Shown: one piece after another, positions 38,901 to 45,353 of the stretch | How the letters are laid out: the number at the start of each line of letters is the position of its first letter | How positions within the stretch are numbered: position 1 is the first letter of the stretch | Made by a program: the position numbers and the translations under genes | Notes under the pieces: model-generated | The model's database searches: none | Told to the model about the DNA's origin: nothing | What the model saw: only the letters and a program-made list of their open reading frames with translations | NCBI GenBank assembly: GCA_963674965.2 | Contig: CAXXFL010000007.1 | Location: forward strand, 160,001-224,000 | Length of the DNA: 64,000 nucleotides | Source: a bacterium | GTDB lineage: Bacteria; RBG-13-61-14; DATKZS01 | Direction: 5' to 3'

Positions 38901-41730
38901 TTACCTCGAGTACTCGAGCGCGACGGACGACTGGCGGCGTCGGCTGGACTCGGCCGAGCTGGCCGAGCTGTTCACGGTCAACGGCCGATATACTGCCACG
39001 TTATACGCGATCGATCTCGAGGGCCGGGTGACGGCGGCGGCGGAGTTCTCGATCACGGTGTTCGGCCCGGACCCTTACGAGGACGACGACTGGTGGAGCT
39101 CCGGCTCGAGCGTCGAGGTTAACTCGAGCTCGGCGCAGGCCCACAACTTCCACGACTCGGGCGACCGTGACTGGGTGAAGTTCTCCGTGGCCTTTGGGGA
39201 CACGGGATATTACTCTGTGTATACGGAGAACCTGGCGGACCGCTGCGACACGGTGATCGAGCTTTACGGCTACTCGGTGGCCGGCTCGACGGTGGTCCCC
39301 ATCGCGTTCGACGACGACTCGGGCCAGGACGGCGGCGGCTCGAGCCGTATTTTCATGTACCTGTCCGAGGGTCTTTATTACGCTGAAGTATATCAATACG
39401 GCGACACCATCGGGGGCCAGGACACGGAGTACGACCTCCGGGTGGACCACGACGAGGGCGACTACGGCTCGGTCGAGGGCTACGTGACGGACTCGGTGAC
39501 GGGCTTCGGGGTGCAGGGCGCGAACGTGATCGTGATCCTTGGCGGTCCTCCCCGCGTGGCCACCACCGGGGCGGGCGGCTATTACAAGCTCTCGAGCCTC
39601 CTGGCCGGCTCTGGATATCCCATGCAGGTGCAGGCGGCGAACTTCACCACCTGGTCGGGGACGGTGAACGTTGGCGTGAACCAGACCACCAGGAAGGACG
39701 TGGTGCTGGCGGCGAAGACCGGCACCTCGGGCGTGCTGATGGGCCACGTTTACGGTCACGGCGGCGCGCCGCTGGTGGGGGTCGGGCTCGAGGTCTCGGG
39801 CAAGTCCGTGGTGAGCGAGGCGGGCGGCCTTTACTCGATCCGTCTTGCTCCCGGAGCGGCCTACGTTTATTCGAGCTGGCCGGGCTACGAGCCGTACCTC
39901 GAGGAGGGGCTAATGGTTGTGGCCGGCGATACCACGGTGCATGAGGTGTCGCTCGAGCCGGTGGACACCGACGGCGACGGCCTTCCGGACTGGATCGAGA
40001 CCTCGGGCTGCACTGACGAGTCCGAGGCGGACTCGGACGGCGACGGCTTATGCGACGGCGATACCGCGGTGTATGACGGCGCGACTCTCGTCTGCTCGGC
40101 GGGCGAGGACCTCGATCTTGACGGCGAGGTCGGGGCCTCGGAGACCGACCCTTGCGACGACGACTCGGACGGCGACCTCCTCGGCGACGGCGACGAGGCG
40201 CTGACTTACGGCACGGACCCGCTCGAGGTTGACACGGACTCGGACGGCCTCGGCGACCGCCTCGAGGCGGTGGTCGTAAGCTGCCTCGATCCGACTGACG
40301 ACGACACGGACGACGACGGCCTTCTGGACGGAACGTCGAGCGGCGAGGACAAGGACGGCGACGGGGTTGTTGACGCGACGGAGACGAGCCCTTGCCTTTT
40401 CGATACGGACACGGATACGCTGGGCGACGGCGCGGAGGTGACGGTATACGGCACGGACCCGCTCGAGGTTGACACGGACTCGGACGGCCTGAGCGACGGG
40501 CTCGAGGTACCCTGGTGCACGTCGCCCACGGACGAGGACAGCGACGGTGACGGGCTTCTGGACGGCACGCCGAGCGGGGAGGACAAGGACGGCGACGGCG
40601 TGGTGGACGCGACCGAGACCAACCCCTGCGCCTTTGACAGCGACTCGGACGGCATCGGCGACGGGCTCGAGCTTGGGACTTACGGCACCAACCCGCTTAG
40701 GCAGGATACTGATTCGGATGGGATCGGCGACTACGTCGAGGCGGTCTCGAGCGCCTGTCTCGACGCTACGGAGGCGGACACCGACGGCGACGGCCTTCTC
40801 GACGGGACCATATTCGGTGAGGACAAGGACGGCGACGGCGTGGTGGACCCGGGCGAGACCAACCCCTGCCTCGAGGACAGCGACGAGGACGGGCTCGGTG
40901 ACGACGAGGAGCCGGGGCTGGGCCTGGATCCCCTCGAGTGGGACACGGACGGCGACGCTCTTCCCGACGGCTACGAGGTGGCGAACTCGAGCGGCCATGC
41001 CTTGAACCTCGATCCGCTCGACCCGGGCGACGGCTGCGCGTCTGACTTTGACGGCGACGGCAACGCCAACTGCCACGAGTATTACAACGGCACGGACATT
41101 TGGTCGGAGAACGTGACGGGCGGCTCGGCCTGCTTCAGCTGGGCGGACTCGGGGAGCACGGTCAGCGCCGACGGCCTGGTTTCGCCTCTGGACCTCGGCG
41201 CCTTGAACGCCCGCGCGTCGCTGAAGGACGCGTCCTACACGGGCGTGCTCCCACCCAACGGCGACTCGCAGGAACTCGATATGGACGAGATTATCTCGGC
41301 GCTCGACCTGGCGGTCCTGCGCCAGATGGTTGCCAACCTCTCCACCTCCGGCAACCCCAGCCGTCCGGTCGCCCTCGAGGTTTACGGCGACACGGCGGTC
41401 ACGGCCGAGGTGGGAAGCACGGTGCGGATCGAGCTGGGCGCCCTCAACCAGGGCGGCAAGCACACATCGAGCCTGGGGATCATCTTCACCATCGACCCCT
41501 CCTCGACCGCCTCGGCCACCCTCCTCGGCGGCGACGGCGCGGCCTCGAGCGGCCGCTACGACGTGACCGGCCCCATCGCCACCGGCGGCCGCTCCGCCAT
41601 CGTCCTCCTCCCCACCGCCCCCGGCTCCCTCCTCCTCAACGCCCACCTCCCCCCATGCGGCGTTGACGGAAAAGGCCGCTACTGCGAAGAGCTGATCAAA
41701 CAGCCCCTGGTGACGGTGACGGTGGAGTAG
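26941..41730 (+). CDS. Giant secreted multidomain protein (4,929 aa): Ca-binding DxDxDG repeats, 4 beta-propeller-like modules, Ig/Fn3-like domains, C13/caspase-fold peptidase, PPC-like and carboxypeptidase-regulatory-like domains, dockerin-like C-terminus
   Basis: Uninterrupted ORF; signal peptide ending ARA; dozens of D(S/T)DGDG(L/M)xD repeats; WTGSEFGxxW repeats; IYMVDHGG...VIYDACRSGSF dyad. Confidence 0.93.
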   Translation: MKRILSIGTTLAIILLAMLSSPARAQDSDADGMPDAWENAHGCLQAGTADGGVDYDSDGLTSLAEYQYSPQMDPCSADSDEDGSDDGDEYSSGSNPADARIVPGYVREGSEKRITYTNSASQYPSLQWADSVYGLSWTDYYSGVAEIYQRRLELDGDTLGYWQRISYYGNAVQSSLAWSGSEFGLSWNDTGGEIKFLRISDGDSIIGYPITAVMHEAGNETLYPELVWADTQYGLVWSRGNGQFRPMGADGDTSSYSIMDVSIHGALSPPSMVWTGSEYGLALHDDTGITFRRLDPSGMGLSMAYLGDLGQNPSAAWTGSEFGVVWDRNDLDGQAVYFARLSAQGAVIESDIRLTDLDLSCYDPSIAWNGSVYGVAWSDSAMPANAEVYFKTISLQGEDRGNVSAASTGFDSSDSPTLAWNGHGFGLVFRDRRDANYEIYFASFEPDADGDGLTEAMESALGTSASDWDSDGDGMADGWEYYFSYCGLNANSVDAGQDPDGDGVSNIDEHSLGTIPCDPDTDDDMLCDGDTGVMDGATICYPGEDVNVNGVIDPTETDPTDQDTDDDQLSDYEEVYSHSTDPLDPDTDGGGELDGKEVFFARDPNDPADDWAEIDIGDGSDLWHYPLAAYYHDARTQVIYKASEIGRSGELKSLSLNVAVAPGIMLQNFTVRVKHTSLEEYPETPSWEGWDWTTVYQINQYFSTGWYEIYFTFPFLYNGVDNLMIDFSFNNSEYETNGWVRATNSGDDRSLFFQTDSGYGDPLMWSDTVYPVPGVETLVPDVKLVIGPPSDSDGDGMPDYWERVYACLDYTSVDDESDSDYDGLTNGEEFGESTDPCFSDTDYDGIIDYDEVYLYGTSPISQDTDGDGMPDGYEIWAGDTCGLDPTYGDSAEDADSDGLTNLEEYGESTGVCVPDTDDDGLEDGEEVHTYFSDPLSYDTDGDSIGDGDEIHVYGTDPNDVDSDNDYFDDGYEVYYSFTDPADPDTDGDGLEDGEEMYYAADPLDPDVDDDGLSDGDEIFIWDTELWDWDSDGDSVGDGVESIHGADALDSDIIPSLVEIEDDFRISFNGAVGLAPDLAAGGSWLGSVWQDHRYGNGEIYFRSFSFDGETTNPTVRVTNDAAVSQAPAIAADGQGFGLAWIDARPGAYQTYFAGMSETGTKLTADVRISSGSGNNFDPDVAWADSAYAVVWADGRGSSLEVYFRGVSAGGTLLTTEISLTGGDSTDSKQPAIAWTGSEFGLAWSDLRDGGSEEVYFARVSPSGTVLTQTRITNMWGPSIKPDLAWGDSSFGLVWSEFGAGGNQIMFQRVTQVGDTIGPARSISREFSSKYTPRISWDGYTFGVTWEDQRYGSGEIYAIALIEQGLPVCDETRITHDMYASQEPAIAFGGSWFTVAWVDARDGDSQIYATRFDLDLDGDGMAGLEEIEIATDPLDWDSDDDGIGDLEETVSGDDGYVTDPLDPDTDDGGETDGDEVAGGRDPLDPLDDVVLIPPIGTGTASWYYPLASGYYKARTQTIYYAEEIGRSGNIQTLSLNVTWVPGSTLSNFTIRMKHTEDSAYAEEDGFDPSGWQTVFQDDVTISLEGWNRFIFDSDFAYNGSDNLMVDVSFSNSLYSDDGYVKTSRGDQYRTVYARCDFCAGEPTEWGVSLLPEPNRSRNYPNIMLGISLPTDDDGDGLPNFWEDNYACMQGSTPDEGQDHDSDLLTNLQEYQNQTDPCETDTDSDDMDDYFEVVNACLDPRVGDSLLDPDSDGLANLDEMDNSLDPCDPDTDSDGMTDGWEVEYDACLDPASGDSLQNPDGDGANNISEFNNSTDPCLDDDSDGDGMTDAWENSYSCMMANTVDTNPDYDGEGLVNHDEFLYSTNPCNVDTDSDQLNDLMEIFVYGSNPNDVDTEGDGLIDRLEVLTYNCDPTDEDTDDDGLSDAFEVGVVVGVGFNGALNTAAGNDDVIHDLAVWLGADLWPGTTAAGDDLQVIPRFLPYPRLFITDPDDPDTDGDGHDDLAELSAGANPLDPDILPSPLAWGGDTAVNLSDYFMGDGHSVSIAWADEFYGVAWCRDNSYSGVCDSIEFAVKSLLGDSITPPFTLPTSSFASSPSIAWTGSEFGVAWCEDSDWDWVCDGVYFGRIDHETMAMVGSTLPIAPSDMVPSEHPDLVWTGSEFAVTWHDLADDNDWSCDLWTGSTDCNYEVYFTRISESGETVSAPVRITNQQSMSLYPDLLFNQDLNEYALAWEDMKLDANDWCEMVWESSDCNGEIFFTRLTAGGTVIGQEQRISRSPGYSQHASLAWTGTEYGLAWCEDDEGMGGGCDDVYFSRISSQGAPVSEIVQVTYSEGKTFAPDLAWIVDGFWIAYSEDTTESWYGDAIYVDVLTPEGDETEYHLELADDGMMASEFPAIAGNDVGAAIAWEDARDGDVGILFYLVSRDGDGDGLPDVVEMTMCADQFNHDTDGDGILDGIEDANLNGVVDSPDETDPCDPDTDGDGLSDGIEDSDHDGVVDSNETDPTLADTDGDGLCDGSTSAPGCAAGEDLNGNGVVDQGETDPCDADSDGDGVNDGDETSAGSNPLDEDVVMGFSGKVGGDVRVTSTADDSWAPSVAWTGSEYGLAWEEDVDDYSEIFFLRLSPLGQNIGLKKRITTTTDISYSPSIMWTGSEFGLAWTDGRDGNFEVYFSRVSAAGVKTLADKRITYNDTDAIQPVLAWTGSEYGLSWIDGNQATPMACFRRIALNGDTVAPEEIISSGGSDMYYPDLVWAESVFAMAWQENYGVRFTRLAADGSTLQPSYSVYSMNGNDGDPALAWTGQNFGTVWENRGSMDEEIYFALIGASGDTTIGYETRVTNAPEISVTPAIAWNGFEFGLSWEDWREGLSDIYFTRISGDGEEIDDEFYLSSGGADSHDSKIVWTGSEYGVFWADYRDENFEIYFARVGFDFDGDGIPDGLESQFSTSPNDWDTDGDGLADGLELCYDEVCLAFSSTLDPNPTVIDTDGDGLTDYEEVMVHFSNPAKADTDDDGMPDKWEVDNNLTPIAANANGNPDKDGLTNIQEYLAGSNPNSADTDSDGMPDGWEVIDHPCMHPTVDDRNMDYDRDGILNLDEYNQGRDPCVVETLPSSTCSSTVSLTSADTVMLTFTSSDKYAEVKLKVSFNGGPYLSTGLSDSDTTKGSFVYTFNKGNGVYRFHTIASLSLVLIEEPPESPDYDAQITLDGSAPNSYVSYAPAFVPDHLFSVQFACNDESAETRLYYRKDGGGWMDSGLGLLAGDSGTFSFTPAGEGTYDFYTIAGDPAGNIEDPPTFPDKDATTVVDDSPPAVPVVTDDGTYTGYTDRFHATWTCGGDSVSGVVQYDYAIGSSAGATDVVGWTDNATLTEVTRFGLELEDGSSYFIGVRAVNGAGLMSVGWSDGILVDSRGPEIAWSSPAHREIVNDDMPPVDLPVSINFIDPGGAGIDWSSLEMVLDFSTVQSFSQDGDTVSFDALALDLGNHVVNVQVADLAGNGLNRNVIFVVEDPRRVIINPVYVEWAPGDGDVTFVADGGTGAYRWAATGGALDSFTGTEVVFTPGPEAGAYVVAVSDAKLVSAQATIIISGEVEVAPAVVRLSAGSAATFTASGGSGDFSWTVNGGSCVLSGDRDETCSYTAFESSGQYSVKAQAGSGESFTSRVIVTDPVGRAIVVVGGGLVDSNRQVEALNSLGHLAYETLLARGFEPDQIMYLNPDATQAYDGDGDGYADDVDGAPTPAALQAAILDWATADLGVDNPGVGPGVPLIIYMVDHGGDDSFLINFTAAGAGQEVTPTQLDSWIDAVQGGDTSNPNGVDVVVIYDACRSGSFLDEVGGGGSDRIVITSSASSESAYFGVSGTISFSQFFWQRVRTGATLKSAFNDAAAALATWATQTPWLDDNGSGTYAATGDGKDGDAADLFVVGADFVTGAVLPELTPRGDALLEGDSLDIYSGILYASSSEISAMFAILTPPGFSPPQSEGNFDTPWLEDEEGNPLPRVYLEYSSATDDWRRRLDSAELAELFTVNGRYTATLYAIDLEGRVTAAAEFSITVFGPDPYEDDDWWSSGSSVEVNSSSAQAHNFHDSGDRDWVKFSVAFGDTGYYSVYTENLADRCDTVIELYGYSVAGSTVVPIAFDDDSGQDGGGSSRIFMYLSEGLYYAEVYQYGDTIGGQDTEYDLRVDHDEGDYGSVEGYVTDSVTGFGVQGANVIVILGGPPRVATTGAGGYYKLSSLLAGSGYPMQVQAANFTTWSGTVNVGVNQTTRKDVVLAAKTGTSGVLMGHVYGHGGAPLVGVGLEVSGKSVVSEAGGLYSIRLAPGAAYVYSSWPGYEPYLEEGLMVVAGDTTVHEVSLEPVDTDGDGLPDWIETSGCTDESEADSDGDGLCDGDTAVYDGATLVCSAGEDLDLDGEVGASETDPCDDDSDGDLLGDGDEALTYGTDPLEVDTDSDGLGDRLEAVVVSCLDPTDDDTDDDGLLDGTSSGEDKDGDGVVDATETSPCLFDTDTDTLGDGAEVTVYGTDPLEVDTDSDGLSDGLEVPWCTSPTDEDSDGDGLLDGTPSGEDKDGDGVVDATETNPCAFDSDSDGIGDGLELGTYGTNPLRQDTDSDGIGDYVEAVSSACLDATEADTDGDGLLDGTIFGEDKDGDGVVDPGETNPCLEDSDEDGLGDDEEPGLGLDPLEWDTDGDALPDGYEVANSSGHALNLDPLDPGDGCASDFDGDGNANCHEYYNGTDIWSENVTGGSACFSWADSGSTVSADGLVSPLDLGALNARASLKDASYTGVLPPNGDSQELDMDEIISALDLAVLRQMVANLSTSGNPSRPVALEVYGDTAVTAEVGSTVRIELGALNQGGKHTSSLGIIFTIDPSSTASATLLGGDGAASSGRYDVTGPIATGGRSAIVLLPTAPGSLLLNAHLPPCGVDGKGRYCEELIKQPLVTVTVE

Positions 41731-41745
41731 AGGAGAATTATTTTT

Positions 41746-41778
41746 GCCCCAGCCGATCCAATGGAATTCGGCTGGGGC
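41746..41778. terminator. Hairpin between convergent genes (probable terminator)
   Basis: GCCCCAGCCGA-N11-TCGGCTGGGGC with AT-rich flanks. Confidence 0.7.
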
Positions 41779-41788
41779 TAAATTTTAA

Positions 41789-42775
41789 TTATTGTACTTG
41801 GACGCTCGCTTTCTCAAGTATCGCTCTTGCTTCTTTTACCATCCTGTCGATAAGAATTTTTACCGGTACCAAGTCATGAACCAGTCCTATGGACTGTCCC
41901 ACGTTAATTGATCCAGCGTTGACGTCGCCGTGTTTCCAAATCTTTGGTGACAGGCTGCCGGCCAACAGCGGAAAGATATCCTTCGTGTTTCCATTTCCAT
42001 TTTCTATCTCGATAATTTTTTTAATGGTCTCGTTTTTAATCGCTCTTCCTTGGAGACCGATGGAATTTCCGTAAAGGACGGTTTCATACTCTTGGCGTCG
42101 AATGATCTCTTCTTGAATATTGGGATGGACTTCGCATTCATCGGTGCAGATAAACCTGGTAGCCATCATGACCCCATCCGCTCCCAGGCATAAAGCCGAG
42201 GCCAGCCCTCTTCCGTCGGCTATGCCGCCGGTAGTGACGATAGGTATGGAAACCGATTCGGCGATCCTTGGCGTCAGGATCGAGGTGGCCACGTTGTCGT
42301 TCAATGGATGTCCTCCCTCCTCGACTCCGGCCGCCAGCACCGCGTCGTAGCCTACTTTTTCGCAGTGCAGAGCGTGTCTTACGGATCCCAGTTTATGTAT
42401 CATCTTCACGCCTGCGATTTTTAGTTTATCGATATAGGTCCCCTTCAAGAACCGGTCGAGAGGACTTCCCGCTATCTCGACGGCGGCTACTTTTTCCTCG
42501 ATGCAGACGTCGAAGATTTCCATGTATCTTTTTTCGCTGATCCTGAAATGTGGGAGCATGGTAACGTTCATCCAGAAGGGCTTATCGGTCATTGACCTTA
42601 CTTCCTTTATGGCCTCGCGGATTTTGTCCTTGTTGGCGTAATTGGCCGCCGTAAGGTTCCCAAGTCCTCCGGCCTCGGATATGGCGGCGCAAAGCCTGGG
42701 CTTTGCCAGGACCATCATTCCTCCGCAAAGTATGGGATACTCGATTCCGAGCATTTTTGTGATTCTCGTTTGCAT
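41789..42775 (-). CDS. Nitronate monooxygenase / FabK-like flavoprotein
   Basis: LGIEYPILCGGM, AGGLG, EEGGH, GGIADGRG, GQSIGLV. Confidence 0.9.
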   Translation of the reverse strand: MQTRITKMLGIEYPILCGGMMVLAKPRLCAAISEAGGLGNLTAANYANKDKIREAIKEVRSMTDKPFWMNVTMLPHFRISEKRYMEIFDVCIEEKVAAVEIAGSPLDRFLKGTYIDKLKIAGVKMIHKLGSVRHALHCEKVGYDAVLAAGVEEGGHPLNDNVATSILTPRIAESVSIPIVTTGGIADGRGLASALCLGADGVMMATRFICTDECEVHPNIQEEIIRRQEYETVLYGNSIGLQGRAIKNETIKKIIEIENGNGNTKDIFPLLAGSLSPKIWKHGDVNAGSINVGQSIGLVHDLVPVKILIDRMVKEARAILEKASVQVQ

Positions 42776-42979
42776 GTGTTCGGTCTCCTTTCGGTGGATA
42801 TTTTTTCCGAATCTTTCAATACGATCATATCAAAGTGGCGGCCTTGTTCCAAGGTATCATAACAATCGTTATCTGCCACTTGCACGCGGACGATGGACAT
42901 GGTAGCTTTCGATAAACAATTTCGCGCCCGTCGGCGACGTTCTTCGCTTCGCGGCGCCTCAAATCCAGGAGGACCGAAA

Positions 42980-43432
42980 ATGACCGAGACCAATCCCATG
43001 ATCAACGCTTTCAAGAACGGCATCGCCTTTTCGAAGCGGGCCGGCATCGACTCGACCCGCATGGACAAGGAAAGCATAGACCTTGTAATGCCTCTCCAGC
43101 CCAACGTCAATCACATCGGCACCATGTACGCCGGGGCCCTTTTCACTCTTGGCGAGATGATGGGCGGTGCGGTGGCTCTGGTATATTTCATGGAGCATCG
43201 CCTGATTCCCATCGTCAAGTCGCTTAACATCAAGTTCCTCAAGCCGGCCAAGTCCGACGTTACGACGAGCTACTCGATGACCGAGGATGAGGTCAAGCGC
43301 ATCATCGAGGAGTGCAAGGAGAAGGGCAAAGCTGAGTACGCCATCACCCTCGAGCTTAAGGACAAGGACGGAGTCGTGGTTTCGGTAACGGAGGGTCTTT
43401 ACCAGGTTCGTGGATCGTGGGCGAAGAAATAA
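42980..43432 (+). CDS. Hot-dog fold thioesterase (DUF4442/YiiD-C-like)
   Basis: NVNHIGTMYAGALFTLGE, IKFLKPA; SD AGGAGG before ATG 42980. Confidence 0.85.
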   Translation: MTETNPMINAFKNGIAFSKRAGIDSTRMDKESIDLVMPLQPNVNHIGTMYAGALFTLGEMMGGAVALVYFMEHRLIPIVKSLNIKFLKPAKSDVTTSYSMTEDEVKRIIEECKEKGKAEYAITLELKDKDGVVVSVTEGLYQVRGSWAKK

Positions 43433-43516
43433 TCGATTTCTCGAGGCGATTAGTAATGATGGGGCCGAGGGATATACGCGGCGCCTCGGACCCCTGATTG
43501 GCGAAGGGCCTTAGTT

Positions 43517-44542
43517 ATGCCTATACCTGGCAACCTTCTGACCACGGCCATGGCGGTAATGCCCCACCGGGACGTCGAGCGCGCCCTCGAGGTGGCCCTC
43601 TCTTTGGACGTTCCCTTCTGGCCCCAGCTTCCCCGCTACGACTATTATGAGGATATGTACGTTCAGGCCTCGGAGCATTTTCCAGGAATCGTGCTTGACG
43701 TTCCAAATCGGAGCCTTTCCTTTGACCTCGATAAATTTTTCTCTGAATATGAGGAAGCGCTGTCTCGCTACGACGACCCGGAGTACTTTGACGTCAGCGA
43801 GACCTACTCCGTCGTTTACCATCGTTTCCTTTCACTCGACCTTTCGGGCCGACCCGCTATAAGGGGGCAGTTGGAGGGGCCAATCAGCTTCGGCTTTAAC
43901 GTGCGGGACCAGGATGACCGGCCCATATTATTCAATGACGTCGTACGTCCGGTCCTGTTCGAGATCATGGCCAAGCGGATCAACGTCCAGCTTGACAAGC
44001 TGAAGAAGATGAACGAGAACGCGTTCATGTACGTGGACGAGCCCGGCCTTCAGTTTTTATGGAGCGCCATGTCCGGCTATAACGACTCTCGAGCGAGGGA
44101 AGACCTCGAGTCGTTTTTCGCGAGCGTCGACCGCCCCCGCGGCGTTCATCTTTGCGGCAACCCGGACTGGGACTTCCTTCTGGGCCTAGACCTGGATATC
44201 CTCTCTCTTGACGTCTACTCGAACGGCGAGGTTTTTTCCACCTACTCGAAATCGATAAAAAGATTTCTCGACCGCGGCGGGGTCCTGAGCTGGGGCATCA
44301 CGCCCACGAACTTCGATCCTTTCCAGGCCGAGACCACCGCTTCCCTCGAGGGGCGGCTGAAGTCGATATGGGACCGCTTGTCCAGGAGCGGGGTTGACCT
44401 CGAGTTCATGCTTTCCCGTAGCCTCATTTCTCCCGCCACCTGCTGCCTCGTCAACCCGGACGGTGAAAGGACGGTCGAGTCGGCCTTTCAGGCGGTCAAG
44501 GAACTTTCGCAGAGGCTTCGGGAATCCTTCGGCCTGGGTTAA
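43517..44542 (+). CDS. Single-barrel cobalamin-independent methionine synthase-like protein (CIMS C-terminal family)
   Basis: PFWPQLP, GQLEGP, YVDEP, GVHLCGNPDW (HxC), LSWGI, SPATCC. Confidence 0.75.
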   Translation: MPIPGNLLTTAMAVMPHRDVERALEVALSLDVPFWPQLPRYDYYEDMYVQASEHFPGIVLDVPNRSLSFDLDKFFSEYEEALSRYDDPEYFDVSETYSVVYHRFLSLDLSGRPAIRGQLEGPISFGFNVRDQDDRPILFNDVVRPVLFEIMAKRINVQLDKLKKMNENAFMYVDEPGLQFLWSAMSGYNDSRAREDLESFFASVDRPRGVHLCGNPDWDFLLGLDLDILSLDVYSNGEVFSTYSKSIKRFLDRGGVLSWGITPTNFDPFQAETTASLEGRLKSIWDRLSRSGVDLEFMLSRSLISPATCCLVNPDGERTVESAFQAVKELSQRLRESFGLG

Positions 44543-44613
44543 GGCCTTCTTCTTACATCACGGCCATTGGTCTGGTATACTTCATTCAAGAAACTTATCG
44601 ACTTGGAGGATCA

Positions 44614-45267
44614 ATGGAAGACGTTATCAAGGGCGCGTTTATCCAGCGCGACAAGGAGACATACGCGCTGGTACCCAGGATGCCGATGGGCCTTATCACG
44701 CCGGAGATTCTGGAGAACATGGCGCGGGTGGTGAAGAAGCATAACATACCGATAGTCAAAATCACCTCGGGACAGCGGATAGCGCTGGTGGGAATCAAGC
44801 CCGAGGACGTCGAGCGGGTGTGGACGGACCTTGGAGTCGCGGTTGGCCAGGCGGTTGAGCTTTGCGTGCATTACGTTCAGGCCTGTCCGGGCACGGCGGT
44901 TTGCAGGTTCGGGGTGCAGGACTCCCTGGGGCTTGGCGGAAGAATCGAGTCGGCCTTCGTTGGCCGCGAACTTCCGGGCAAGGCCAAGTTCGGTATCTCC
45001 GGCTGCGTTCGGAACTGCGCGGAGGGCTACGTCCGTGACTTCGGGGCCTTCGGCAAGAAGGGCGGCTGGACGGTAATATTCGGCGGCAACTCGGGCGGCA
45101 GACCCCGGATAGGCGACGTGATCGGCGAGGACCTTTCTGATGACGAGGTCTTGTCCCTGGCCGAGAGGTGCTTCGATTATTACGCGAAGAACGCGAAGCC
45201 CAAGGAGCGGACCGCCCGTTTCATCGAGAGGATAGGCGTCGAGGAATTCAAGAAGAACGTCCTGTAA
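44614..45267 (+). CDS. Small nitrite/sulfite reductase-like Fe-S protein
   Basis: IQRDKETYA, KITSGQRI, ACPGTAVCRFG, SGCVRNC, ERTARFIER. Confidence 0.88.
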   Translation: MEDVIKGAFIQRDKETYALVPRMPMGLITPEILENMARVVKKHNIPIVKITSGQRIALVGIKPEDVERVWTDLGVAVGQAVELCVHYVQACPGTAVCRFGVQDSLGLGGRIESAFVGRELPGKAKFGISGCVRNCAEGYVRDFGAFGKKGGWTVIFGGNSGGRPRIGDVIGEDLSDDEVLSLAERCFDYYAKNAKPKERTARFIERIGVEEFKKNVL

Positions 45268-45353
45268 AGTCGCCTGGCTCGGCCTCGTCCCGGCCGCTTA
45301 CGGGAGCAATCGGCGGTGACTTCATCGCTTATCTTTACTCCCTGGCTCCTTGT

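Noticed and set aside
27865-41646. Long minus-strand ORFs (642, 465 and 532 aa) within the giant gene
   Set aside because: Val-rich mirror translations of Asp (GAC) repeats; antisense artefacts.
42850-43520. Integron attC sites (CATAAC ... GTTATGC)
   Set aside because: Core sites are ~650 bp apart with no attC-length palindrome, and there is no integrase.
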